Part shown: in pieces, positions 29,628-38,441 of the stretch
Numbering within the stretch: position 1 is the stretch's first letter
Layout: each line of letters starts with the position of its first letter
Assembly (NCBI GenBank): GCA_949283975.1
Contig: CASDUK010000001.1
Location: 97,187 to 161,186 of the forward strand
Direction: 5' to 3'
Length of the DNA stretch: 64,000 bases
From: an uncultured Bacillota bacterium
GTDB taxonomy: Bacteria; Bacillota; Clostridia; Christensenellales; UBA1242
Notes under the pieces: generated by a model
Database searches by the model: none
Told to the model about the DNA's origin: nothing
What the model saw: only the letters and a program-made list of their open reading frames with translations
Position numbers and translations under genes: made by a program

Positions 29628-30584
29628 ATGTTGATGGAAATTGAAAAACCAAAAATCACATGTGAAGAAACTGAAAATGGAAATTTTGCAAGGTTCACCG
29701 TTGAGCCTTTGGAAAAGGGCTTTGGAATTACTCTTGGCAATGCGCTTAGAAGAACGCTTCTTTCTTCTCTTCCTGGCGCAGCAGGAATTGCAATTAGAAT
29801 TCCAGGCGTTCTCCATGAGTTTTCAACAGTTCCCGGTGTTTATGAAGATGTTGTTGACATCGTTTTAAACATTAAAGGGCTTGCTGTTAAAGTTGCAAAT
29901 CCAGACAGAGATTTTAGAACAGTTTTAAGAATTAAAACATCTAAAGGCGGAGAAATAACTGCAAAAGACTTTGCACCAAACAGCGATGTTGAAATTTTAA
30001 ACCCAGATCTTCATATTTGTAGCGTTGAAGAAGGTTGCCCATTCGAACTTGAAGTTATGATTGGAAAGGGAAGGGGATATGTTCCAAATGTTAGGAACAA
30101 AGAAATTGTTGACAACCCAGAGTTTATTGCAATTGATTCGCTTTATTCACCTGTTAAAAAATGTAGTTACAGCGTTGAACCAACGCGTGTTGGCCAAAGC
30201 ATAGATTTTGACAAGCTTATTTTGGAAGTTGAAACAAACGGAACAACTTCTGCAAGAGACATTGTTAGTTTGTCTGGAAAAATTTTGCAAGACCACATTT
30301 CAATTTTTGTTGATCTTTGTGAGGCAATGGGCAAGATGAACATTCTTGTTTCAACAGAAGAAGAAAGCAAGACAAAAATTTTGGATATGCCAATTGAAGA
30401 AATGGAACTTTCTGTTCGCTCTTACAACTGCCTTAAAAGGGCAAACATCAACACAGTTGAGGACTTAACCCAAAAAACAAGAGAAGACATGCTAAAAGTT
30501 AGAAATTTGGGGCTTAAATCAATTGACGAAGTTCTTGAAAAATTAAACGAATATGGGCTCTCATTTAAAGAGTCGGACGATTAA
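29628..30584 (+). CDS. rpoA: DNA-directed RNA polymerase subunit alpha
   Basis: 318 aa, ...GFGITLGNALRRTLLSSLPGAA...; C-terminal domain with ELSVRSYNCLKRANI.TV.DL. Confidence 0.97.
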   Translation: MLMEIEKPKITCEETENGNFARFTVEPLEKGFGITLGNALRRTLLSSLPGAAGIAIRIPGVLHEFSTVPGVYEDVVDIVLNIKGLAVKVANPDRDFRTVLRIKTSKGGEITAKDFAPNSDVEILNPDLHICSVEEGCPFELEVMIGKGRGYVPNVRNKEIVDNPEFIAIDSLYSPVKKCSYSVEPTRVGQSIDFDKLILEVETNGTTSARDIVSLSGKILQDHISIFVDLCEAMGKMNILVSTEEESKTKILDMPIEEMELSVRSYNCLKRANINTVEDLTQKTREDMLKVRNLGLKSIDEVLEKLNEYGLSFKESDD

Positions 30585-30596
30585 AAGGAGAAACAA

Positions 30597-31106
30597 ATGG
30601 CAAATAGTAAATTGGGAAGGCCAACAAAGGAGCGTCTTGCAATAATTAGAAATCAAGTTTCAAGCCTTCTTTGGAACGAAAAACTTGAAACAACTTTAGA
30701 GCGCGCAAAATCAACTCGTTCTATGGCCGAAAAGATTTTAACTCTTGCAATCAATTCTTATGAGGACACAGTTAAGGTTGTTAAATCTGTTAAAAATGAA
30801 AAAGGCGTTGAATCTAAGCAAGAGTTCATAAATGACGGCTTAAAGAAATTGAATGCAAGAAGAAAAATTATGAGCTTCCTCTATGACCTTCAAGAGCAGA
30901 AGGGCGAAAAGGAAAGCAAAGCAGCATTCCGCGCTAAAACAGAAGATGTCAACCATCCATTGATTGAAAAAATCTTCAATGTTTATGCTCCAAGATATGC
31001 AGAGCGCGCAAAGGAACTTGGCCAAAGGGGCGGATACACAAGAATTATTAAACTTGGCGCAAGGCGCGGCGACAACGCCGAAATGGCAAGAATTGAATTA
31101 GTTTAA
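30597..31106 (+). CDS. rplQ: 50S ribosomal protein L17 (169 aa, with internal insertion)
   Basis: ...KLGRPTKERLAIIRNQVSSLL.NEKLETTLERAK...GGYTRIIKLGARRGDNAEMARIELV. Confidence 0.94.
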   Translation: MANSKLGRPTKERLAIIRNQVSSLLWNEKLETTLERAKSTRSMAEKILTLAINSYEDTVKVVKSVKNEKGVESKQEFINDGLKKLNARRKIMSFLYDLQEQKGEKESKAAFRAKTEDVNHPLIEKIFNVYAPRYAERAKELGQRGGYTRIIKLGARRGDNAEMARIELV

Positions 31107-31130
31107 AACAGCGGATTTTCGCTGTTTTTA
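31105..31130 (+). terminator. rho-independent terminator of the ribosomal-protein supercluster
   Basis: AAAACAGCG-gatttt-CGCTGTTTTT. Confidence 0.8.
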
Positions 31131-31169
31131 TTATTTTTTCAAAGATAAAAAGCAATCTTAGGAGGAAAA

Positions 31170-32258
31170 ATGGATTTAAGACTTAAAAATATTGCAAAAA
31201 ATTTGGTGGATTACTCTTTACAATTGAAAACGGGTCAAACCGTTGTGCTTAGAGTTAGAGGAGACGATCAGTTTGAACTTGGCCGTGAAGTTGCAGAATA
31301 TTGCAAACTTAAAGGAATTAATGTCATTTCTGAATTTTTAACATCGGAAGAATATAAAAAATATTGGAAAGGAATAACGCAAGAAAAGCTTGATGAAATA
31401 ATACAAAGAGAAATCGGTTGGTATCAAACAGCTGATGCAACGTGCACAATTAGAGAAGTTTCAAAAGCAGTTTTAAATTCAGAGGAAACTAAGGCTTCCA
31501 ACACACATTTTAATATAATCAGTCGCAACTACAAAATGAAGAAAAGATTTGTTTTAACGTGCGTTCCAAACAAGAACAATACTGAGCTTTACGAAACATA
31601 TTTAAAATCTTGTTCAATAGATTACAATAAATTATCTCTTGCGATGAATAACTTGTTTGAATTGCTGGTTAAATCAAAAAATGTTAGGATTATTGCGCCT
31701 AACACAAACCTTGAATTTAGTATAGATGGAATGACAGCTGTTAAATGCATTGGCGAGAGGAATGTTCCAGATGGCGAAATTTATACAGCCCCTGTTAAAG
31801 ATAGCGTTAATGGTTACATAACATACAATGTTCCAAGCATGGAAAATGGAGTTATCCACGAAAATATTTACCTTGAATTTAAAGACGGAAAAATTGTCAA
31901 TGCGCGTTCAAATCACACGAAGGAATTAAACGAGGTTTTGGACACCGATGAAGGCGCGAGGTTTATTGGAGAATTTTCGTTTGGCGTAAATCCTTTAATT
32001 TTAAATCCATGCAATAATATTTTATATGATGAAAAAATTTCGGGCTCAATTCACTTTACTCCGGGAAACGCATATGAGAGATGCGACAACGGAAACAGGT
32101 CTGCAATCCACTGGGATTTAATTCAAATTCAAAGAAAGGAATATGGCGGGGGAGAAATTTGGATTGATGACGTTCTAATTAGAAAAGATGGCCTCTTTGT
32201 TCCTGAAAACCTTCAAGCGTTGAACCCAGAAAATTTAATATCTACCATTTCTCAATAG
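31170..32258 (+). CDS. aminopeptidase, M29 (AmpS/PepS-like) family
   Basis: 362 aa. N-terminal LAKNLVDYSLQLK.GQ.V and later DGEIYTAPV, GEFSFGVNP and HFTPGNAY-type blocks resemble M29 'thermophilic metalloprotease' family members. Assigned by eye. Confidence 0.6.
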   Translation: MDLRLKNIAKNLVDYSLQLKTGQTVVLRVRGDDQFELGREVAEYCKLKGINVISEFLTSEEYKKYWKGITQEKLDEIIQREIGWYQTADATCTIREVSKAVLNSEETKASNTHFNIISRNYKMKKRFVLTCVPNKNNTELYETYLKSCSIDYNKLSLAMNNLFELLVKSKNVRIIAPNTNLEFSIDGMTAVKCIGERNVPDGEIYTAPVKDSVNGYITYNVPSMENGVIHENIYLEFKDGKIVNARSNHTKELNEVLDTDEGARFIGEFSFGVNPLILNPCNNILYDEKISGSIHFTPGNAYERCDNGNRSAIHWDLIQIQRKEYGGGEIWIDDVLIRKDGLFVPENLQALNPENLISTISQ

Positions 32259-32280
32259 AAAGAACAAAAATATTAAATCT

Positions 32281-32311
32281 GCAAAGCCCTGAATAAGGGC
32301 TTTGCTTTTTT
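32281..32311 (+). terminator. rho-independent terminator
   Basis: GCAAAGCCC-tgaataa-GGGCTTTGC followed by TTTTTT. Confidence 0.8.
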
Positions 32312-32434
32312 ATAATGAAAGTTATATTTTAGCAATATTTTTTTAAATAATTGTTTTTTTAAGCGTTTTGTGCTATCTTATTTAAAGATAGATGTGATCT
32401 AATTTTATTTTGGCAATAATTTAAAGGAAAAAGC

Positions 32435-34384
32435 ATGAGTAAATCCTATGATTCAAAAGACATTGTTGTTTTAGAGGGGCTTGACGCTGTTAGGCTTAGG
32501 CCGGGAATGTATATTGGAACAACAGGCGTTAAAGGGCTTCATCACATTCTTTGGGAAATTGTTGATAACGCAATAGACGAAGTTTCAAACGGCTTTGGGA
32601 ACAGAATTTCAATAACGCTCCATAAGGACGGAAGCGCAAGCGTTGAGGACAACGGAAGGGGAATTCCAGTTGACCTCCACCCAACGCTGAAAAAATCTGG
32701 CGTTGAAGTTGTTTTTACCCAGCTTCACGCTGGCGGGAAATTTAACAGCGACAACTATGGCTATTCCGGCGGACTTCATGGCGTTGGCGCATCGGTTACA
32801 AACGCGCTAAGTGAGTGGACAAAAGTTTGGGTTTGCAAGAACAAAAAGCGCTATTACATGGAGTTTGAAAGCAAAGTTGGAGAGAATGGAAAAATTAAAA
32901 GCGGCGTTCCCGTTGCCCCTCTTATGGAAATTGGCGACACAAATAAAACGGGAACAAAAGTTACTTTTCTTCCGGACAAACGCGTTTTTGAAACAACAGT
33001 TTTTAACGCAGAAACAATTTCAAAAAGGCTTAAGGAACTTGCATTTTTAAACAAGGGAATTTACATTGATTTTGTTGACGAAAGAACTGGGCAAAAACAA
33101 CTTTTTGCCTATGAGGGCGGCCTTAAAGATTTTGCGCTTTACTTGAATGAGGGAAAAACCGCGCTTTATAAAGAACCAATTTTCATATCCGGCGAAAGCA
33201 AACTTGTTAAGCTTGAACTTTCAATTCAACACACAGACACCTACACTGAAAACATGTTTTCATATGTCAACAACATTCCAACCTCTGAGGGTGGAACGCA
33301 CGAAACGGGTTTTAAATCTGCGCTGACACGCCTTATGAACGAACTTGCAAGGCAGCAGGGCTGGCTTAAAGAAAAGGAGCAAAACTTAATTGGAGAAGAT
33401 TTTAGAGAGGGAATAACCGCAATTCTTTCAATTAAGATGAGAAACATTCAATTTGAGGGGCAAACCAAAACAAAACTTGGAAACCCCGAAATTAAGCCAG
33501 AAGTTGAAAACATTGTTTATAGCGAACTTTTTAAATATTTTGAACAGAAAAACAAGATGGAAATTGCCGAAATTGTCTTTAACAAGGCAAAGGGGGCGGC
33601 AAAAGTTAGAGAAGCTCAGCGAAAGGCAAAGGATCTTGCAAGGCAAAAAAACAGTGTTGATAAATATAATCTTGTTGGAAAACTTTCTGCTTGCACAAGC
33701 AGAAAGCCAGAGATAAGCGAGCTTTTCATAGTTGAGGGAGATTCTGCTGGCGGAAGCGCGAAACAGGGAAGGGATAGAACCTTTCAAGCAATTTTGCCGC
33801 TTAAAGGAAAACCACTTAACGCAGAGAAAAAGCGGCTTGACCAAGTTTTGGCAAACGAGGAAATTAGAACAATTATTTCCGCCCTTGAAACAGGCGTTGG
33901 CGAAGATTTTAATTTGGAGAATTTAAGATATAAAAAGGTTATAATCCTTTCCGATGCCGACCAAGACGGCGCACACATTAGGGCAATTTTGTTAACTTTC
34001 TTTTTCAGATATATGCGCGGGCTAATTTATGACGGCGATGTTTACATTGGCCTTCCGCCGCTTTATAAGGTTTATAAAAAAGATGTAACAGAATATGTCT
34101 ATTCAGACAACGAACTTCAAGATGCGATTGCGCGAGTTGGAAAAGGATATCAAATTCAAAGGTATAAAGGACTTGGAGAGATGAATCCAGAACAACTTTG
34201 GGAAACAACAATGGACCCAAAACACAGAAATTTAATTCGCGTTACAATTGATGACGCTGCCGAGGCCGAGAAAATGGTTACAACCTTAATGGGCGACAAC
34301 ATTGAAGCAAGAAAGGCATATATTTCTGAATATGCAAATTTTAACAGAGAAGATGATTTCCTTGAAAAATCAAAAGTTAACTAA
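32435..34384 (+). CDS. parE: type IIA topoisomerase subunit B (ParE/GyrB family; probably ParE)
   Basis: 649 aa with GHKL ATPase motifs (LEGLDAVRLRPGMYIG, HHILWEIVDNAIDE, GGLHGVGASV), Toprim EGDSAGG and PLKGK, DADQDGAHI. The cognate A subunit in this window lacks a GyrA box. Confidence 0.7.
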   Translation: MSKSYDSKDIVVLEGLDAVRLRPGMYIGTTGVKGLHHILWEIVDNAIDEVSNGFGNRISITLHKDGSASVEDNGRGIPVDLHPTLKKSGVEVVFTQLHAGGKFNSDNYGYSGGLHGVGASVTNALSEWTKVWVCKNKKRYYMEFESKVGENGKIKSGVPVAPLMEIGDTNKTGTKVTFLPDKRVFETTVFNAETISKRLKELAFLNKGIYIDFVDERTGQKQLFAYEGGLKDFALYLNEGKTALYKEPIFISGESKLVKLELSIQHTDTYTENMFSYVNNIPTSEGGTHETGFKSALTRLMNELARQQGWLKEKEQNLIGEDFREGITAILSIKMRNIQFEGQTKTKLGNPEIKPEVENIVYSELFKYFEQKNKMEIAEIVFNKAKGAAKVREAQRKAKDLARQKNSVDKYNLVGKLSACTSRKPEISELFIVEGDSAGGSAKQGRDRTFQAILPLKGKPLNAEKKRLDQVLANEEIRTIISALETGVGEDFNLENLRYKKVIILSDADQDGAHIRAILLTFFFRYMRGLIYDGDVYIGLPPLYKVYKKDVTEYVYSDNELQDAIARVGKGYQIQRYKGLGEMNPEQLWETTMDPKHRNLIRVTIDDAAEAEKMVTTLMGDNIEARKAYISEYANFNREDDFLEKSKVN

Positions 34385-34409
34385 AAAAAGCCAAATATTT
34401 GGCTTTTTT
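34383..34409. terminator. bidirectional rho-independent terminator (parE / convergent lipoprotein gene)
   Basis: Perfect palindrome AAAAAAAGCCAAATATTTGGCTTTTTT. Confidence 0.8.
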
Positions 34410-34427
34410 ATATAAATTTATTTAATT

Positions 34428-35144
34428 TTATTGATAAACTTTAACTTCCTTAACCTCAAGATTTGAAATTGTCATCCATGAAACCCAGCCATATCTAATT
34501 CCACTAAATGTGTCAAGAGTTATTGGGTCGTCGTTCTCGTCGCTAAGTTTTGCGTCTTTAACAGTGAAAACGGTTGTTCCAGCTTCGTTTACAAGGCTCA
34601 TATCAAGTTTAATAATATTGTTGTCATCATAGAAGGTGTATTTTGCTGTATACCAACCATCTGGAATTAAAACCGAGCCTTCGTTTGAAGTTGCATCAGC
34701 GTTGATTTCGTCGTTTGAACCATTGTAAACATAGCCAACTTTAACGCCTTCATCATACTTTCTGAAATACATGTTTCTTTCGTCAACAAATTCCTTGTTT
34801 TCATCGTTGATTGAAACCGTCCAGGTAAACCCTTGGCCTGTTGTCATAGATGCGCCGTCAATTTTGAAGGTTATTGACGCGGTGTAACCATTTTCAACCC
34901 ATTCAAAATTTTTGTCCTCTTCGCCAAAATATGTCATTGGCCCGTTGTTTGCGTCCGTTGATTTGTTTAATGTTATTGTTCCGTTGTTGTTATCCGTTAC
35001 GCTTCCATAATTTCTAAAAAGATTGTTGTTTCCGTTTGTGAAATCACTTACGAAAAGCGTTTTCCCTCCGCCACCACAAGCCGCAAAGACGATTGCACAG
35101 CAAAGAAGCATAACTCCGGTTAAAATTTTTGAAATATGTTTCAT
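34428..35144 (-). CDS. lipoprotein of unknown function
   Basis: 238 aa with signal peptide and lipobox (LLCCAIVFAAC-GGGGK). The mature part is predicted beta-rich. SD AGGAGG. Confidence 0.7.
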   Translation of the reverse strand: MKHISKILTGVMLLCCAIVFAACGGGGKTLFVSDFTNGNNNLFRNYGSVTDNNNGTITLNKSTDANNGPMTYFGEEDKNFEWVENGYTASITFKIDGASMTTGQGFTWTVSINDENKEFVDERNMYFRKYDEGVKVGYVYNGSNDEINADATSNEGSVLIPDGWYTAKYTFYDDNNIIKLDMSLVNEAGTTVFTVKDAKLSDENDDPITLDTFSGIRYGWVSWMTISNLEVKEVKVYQ

Positions 35145-35207
35145 AAAAAACCTCCTATATTAATTTTGGCTTTTTGAAAGTTTTTATTCGTTTTTTTGCT
35201 AAATTTG

Positions 35208-35237
35208 TTGACAAAGCGGTTTTGGGTGTGGTATATT
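35208..35237 (+). promoter_or_regulatory. sigma-A-type promoter for tRNA-Val
   Basis: TTGACA (35208-35213), 18-nt spacer, TGg-TATATT (35229-35237), 11 nt before the tRNA. Confidence 0.6.
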
Positions 35238-35248
35238 ATACCTCGCTT

Positions 35249-35325
35249 GGGAGTTTAGCTCAGTTGGTTAGAGCACCTGCCTTACAAGCAGGGGGTCATA
35301 GGTTCGAGTCCTATAACTCCCACCA
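35249..35325 (+). tRNA. tRNA-Val, anticodon TAC (CCA encoded)
   Basis: GGGAGTT-TA-GCTC-AGTTGGTTA-GAGC-A-CCTGC-CTTACAA-GCAGG-GGGTC-ATAGG-TTCGAGT-CCTAT-AACTCCC-ACCA. Fully canonical cloverleaf. Confidence 0.95.
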
Positions 35326-35333
35326 AGAGAAAA

Positions 35334-36060
35334 AACTGCGCTTTGGCCTTGTTTCGCTTGTCAGCGAAACGAACGGCTTTGGCGCTTGTTTTTTCTCTTG
35401 TTCGCGGCCAGACGAAAAATTACAAGTTTCTTGTAATTTTTGCCGCGACTAAAAAGGAGCTTTAATAGCTTTTCTGTGAATAACAAATATATCTTGTTAA
35501 AAGAGCAAAGATAAATCTCAAGCGGCCGTTAACTGCGCTTTTGCCTAGTTTCGCAAGTGTGCGAAACGAACGGCTTTGGCGCTTGTTTTTTTCTCTAATA
35601 CGCGGCCAGACGAAAAATTACAAATGCTTGTAATTTTTGCCGCGACTATTAATGTTTTTAAATAGATTTTCTGTAAATATTATTTTGTTTTTAAAAAAAG
35701 AGAGAGAAAATCCCAAACGGCCGTTAACTGCGCTTTTGCCTGGTTTCGCAAGTGTGCGAAACGAACGGCTTTGGCGCTTGTTTTTTCTCTTATACGCGGC
35801 CAAACGAAAAATTACAAATGCTTGTAATTTTTGCCGCGACTTGTAAGGAAAACAATAGCTTTTCTGTGAACCAGAAAGGAAACTTTTAAAAGAGTAAAGA
35901 ACAATCTTAAACGGCCGTTAACTGCGCTTTGGCCTAGTTTCGCTTGTCAGCGAAACGTGCGGCTTTGGCGCTTGTTTTTTCTCTTATACGCGGCCAGACG
36001 AAAAATTACAATGCTTGTAATTTTTGCCGCGACTTGTAAGGAAATTAAATAGCTTCTTTG
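35334..36060 (+). repeat. tandem array of four ~195-bp structured repeat units (unit starts 35334, 35531, 35726, 35920)
   Basis: Each unit has three parts. (a) A terminator-like stem-loop GCGCTTTGGCC..GTTTCGCN-loop-NGCGAAAC..GGCTTTGGCGC plus a T-run. (b) A 44-47-nt hairpin CGCGGC-CAGACG(bulge)-AAAAATTACAA-loop-TTGTAATTTTT-GCCGCG. (c) A ~65-nt partly conserved segment ending ACGGCCGTT. No ORF is conserved across units. Confidence 0.85.
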
Positions 36061-36153
36061 TTAATCGGCAATATTTTCATTAAAAATTCAAACCGCACAA
36101 AAAAAAGGCGGGTTTTAAGCGCACTAGACATAAAAGAAGCGGCAGAGAGCAGT

Positions 36154-36645
36154 TTAAAGCGAACGGAGCAGTTTTTTTAATATAAGCCGGTGGTTTTCTT
36201 CATCTGCCAAAATTGCAGAGAGCAGAAGTTTTATTTGAACATTTTCAATTTTGGAAATTGCAAGCTTGTAATCTATAATAGATTTTTCCTTTGCTTCCAG
36301 ATTTGCGTGGAGAATTAGTTTTGTGTCTTTGATATAGTCAATTTGCCGGCCGCCTATGAATTTTCCTTGGGAAGTTGCGTAGATTGGGTTTCCATAGGTC
36401 ATTTCAATTGCATTTGCAAGAAGTTGTTGATGGCGAAGGTCTGTTAAGGACATTTCGTTTAAAACGGAGGCAATTTTTTCGTTGTAGGAGCGAAGAACAT
36501 TTGCATGATATTGAAGCTGGAGAAACAGAATAACTTCTCCTTCCGATCCGGCAAAAAGGTTTTGCAAAAGCCCGCTGTAATATGAATTTTTACAGTGGGT
36601 TTTAATTGTTGGATAATCTCTTAGTTCAACTTCAATTTTTGCCAA
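36154..36645 (-). CDS. ferritin-like / rubrerythrin-superfamily four-helix-bundle protein (CotJC/Mn-catalase-like, tentative)
   Basis: 163 aa and all-helical. Has a C-terminal DEENH (ExxH) motif and an N-terminal GSEGE..QYH segment. The metal-ligand set looks incomplete. Confidence 0.35.
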   Translation of the reverse strand: MAKIEVELRDYPTIKTHCKNSYYSGLLQNLFAGSEGEVILFLQLQYHANVLRSYNEKIASVLNEMSLTDLRHQQLLANAIEMTYGNPIYATSQGKFIGGRQIDYIKDTKLILHANLEAKEKSIIDYKLAISKIENVQIKLLLSAILADEENHRLILKKLLRSL

Positions 36646-36696
36646 AAAAAACCTCTTGTTTATATATGAAACAAGAGGTTAATTGGTTAAAGCAGG

Positions 36697-37479
36697 TTAG
36701 GAATACATTTTTGAAACAACCCATTCAACAAAGTTGTTTGGAAGAATTTTTCCAAGGAATAGAAGGAATTTGTATGAAACCCCAATTGTAAGCGTTTTTG
36801 GCGGACGCTTTTTTGTTGCCACTTTAAAAATTTTCTTTGCGACATATCTGCTTGACATTCCGTTTTGTTCGTCCCTTTCCATTTTTGAAATTGAGGAGGA
36901 ATATCTTTCGTTATAAACGCCATCGTCTTGTTTTATTCTGTTTTTTGTGAAGGAGGTTTTTGTGTCGCCCGGGCGAACGTTTGTTACCTTAACCTTAAAT
37001 GGTTTTGTTTCTGCGCGCATTGCGGCGGAAATTGCGTCAACAGATGCTTTTGTTGCAGAATAGAAACCTTGAAACGGAATAAAAAATTTGCTTGCAACGG
37101 AGGAGACGTTTACAATCCTTCCCTTCGTTTGCCTCAAGCTTGGCAAGGCAAATTTGCACATGAAGAACGTTCCAAAAAAGTTTACGTCAAAAATTTTTTT
37201 TGCGTCTTCTTCGCTTGTGTTTTCAATTGAACCAGAAGTTCCAATTCCGGCGTTGTTAATTAATATGTCAATTTTTCCCTCTCTGCAAGCAATTTCATCG
37301 ATAACAGTTTTACACTGATTGGAAGATGAAACATCACATTTTAAATGGTTTAGCCCTTCCAATGAAAATTCGTTTCGCGAAGCGCCATAAACAACATATC
37401 CTTTTTTTATAAACATTTTGGAAAGTTCAAGCCCAATTCCAGATGACGCCCCCGTTATTAAAACAACTTTCTTTTCCAT
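36697..37479 (-). CDS. SDR-family oxidoreductase
   Basis: 260 aa with the TGASSGIG cofactor motif, NNAG, and catalytic S...YSATK. Confidence 0.85.
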   Translation of the reverse strand: MEKKVVLITGASSGIGLELSKMFIKKGYVVYGASRNEFSLEGLNHLKCDVSSSNQCKTVIDEIACREGKIDILINNAGIGTSGSIENTSEEDAKKIFDVNFFGTFFMCKFALPSLRQTKGRIVNVSSVASKFFIPFQGFYSATKASVDAISAAMRAETKPFKVKVTNVRPGDTKTSFTKNRIKQDDGVYNERYSSSISKMERDEQNGMSSRYVAKKIFKVATKKRPPKTLTIGVSYKFLLFLGKILPNNFVEWVVSKMYS

Positions 37480-37490
37480 TTTTTTCTCCT

Positions 37491-38336
37491 TTATTTTCCA
37501 AGCCAGCTTGGAACAATTTCAAAATTTTGATTGTTTAAATATTTTAATTTGTTATCCGAAAAATTAAAATTAAGCTTAAAAGCAGTTAATTTTTGGGTTT
37601 TTGCCTTAAATTTTTTATTTTCGGAATTTTTTCCATATTTTCCATCTCCAACAATTGGAAAACCAAGAGAGGAGAGTTGGGCGCGAATTTGGTGGGTTTT
37701 TCCTCCAAATATTTCAACAAGCAAAAGGCTTGTTTTTCCGCTTGAATTGTTTAATGTTGTTATTCTTGTTTCAATTTTAACGCTTCCCTTAACTGGAGAA
37801 GAAAAAATTTTAACAAGGCTTTTTTCATCGTCTTTTTGAAGATATGAAACAATTGTTTGGCCGCTAAAATTTGTTGTTCCAACAACTTCTGTTAGATAGC
37901 TTTTTTTAATTTCTTTATTTTTTTGCGCTTTTTTTATTAAGTTGAGAAGTTCTTTTGACTTTGCAAAAATTGTTAAACCTTCTGTGTTCCTGTCCAACCT
38001 GTTAACTGGAAAATATTTTTCTTTGCCTTCATTTAGAATTTTTTCTATTGAGGGATTTTCTTTGCTTGAAATTTCAATTCCTTTAAATTTATTTATAATT
38101 AAAACATTTTCATCTTCATAAACAATTTCAAAAGATTTAATTAAGTTTTCTTCTTGAATAAAAATTGTTATTACTTGCCCCGGGAAAACTTGAATGTTTT
38201 TAGACATTCTTGCGCCGTCAACTTTTATGTCCCTTTTCCTTAAAAGCTTGTTTGCAGATTGATAGCTAATGTTATTTTGAGAGATAACATTTAAAAGCTT
38301 GTCTTCCGCCTTGCAAACAATTTCCTTTTTTATCAT
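37491..38336 (-). CDS. RluA-family pseudouridine synthase with N-terminal S4 domain
   Basis: 281 aa with S4-like LLRKRDIKVDG, catalytic NRLDRNTEG, and GKTHQIRAQL. Confidence 0.85.
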   Translation of the reverse strand: MIKKEIVCKAEDKLLNVISQNNISYQSANKLLRKRDIKVDGARMSKNIQVFPGQVITIFIQEENLIKSFEIVYEDENVLIINKFKGIEISSKENPSIEKILNEGKEKYFPVNRLDRNTEGLTIFAKSKELLNLIKKAQKNKEIKKSYLTEVVGTTNFSGQTIVSYLQKDDEKSLVKIFSSPVKGSVKIETRITTLNNSSGKTSLLLVEIFGGKTHQIRAQLSSLGFPIVGDGKYGKNSENKKFKAKTQKLTAFKLNFNFSDNKLKYLNNQNFEIVPSWLGK

Positions 38337-38403
38337 GAATTTAGTTTATCAATTTTAAACGTTTTTTCAAAGCAATTATTAGTTTTAGAATTTTTTATTT
38401 TAT

Positions 38404-38432
38404 TTGAAAAATTTGGCGAAATATGTTAAACT
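38404..38432 (+). promoter_or_regulatory. sigma-A-type promoter abutting the parC ORF start
   Basis: TTGAAA (38404-38409), 17-nt spacer, TGt-TAAACT (38424-38432). ATG 38442 lies 9 nt after the -10, with no SD. Confidence 0.45.
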
Positions 38433-38441
38433 AATTTAAGT

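Noticed and set aside
35174-35846. ORFs 35174-35452 (+), 35618-35803 (-) and 35637-35846 (+). Also 42577-42816 (-) and 42596-42796 (+).
   Set aside because: They traverse tRNA-Val or the structured repeats and the tRNA-Gly duplication. The reading frame is not preserved between repeat units (197/195/194 bp) and there are no RBSs. The shared 'SRGKNYK' ends simply reflect the hairpin sequence.
35334-36060. Possible CRISPR array, given regularly spaced repeats next to a tRNA.
   Set aside because: The conserved part of each unit is about 130 bp, far longer than the 24-48 bp of CRISPR repeats. The 'spacers' are themselves partly conserved between units. There are no cas genes or leader in the window, and the repeats contain terminator-like T-runs.
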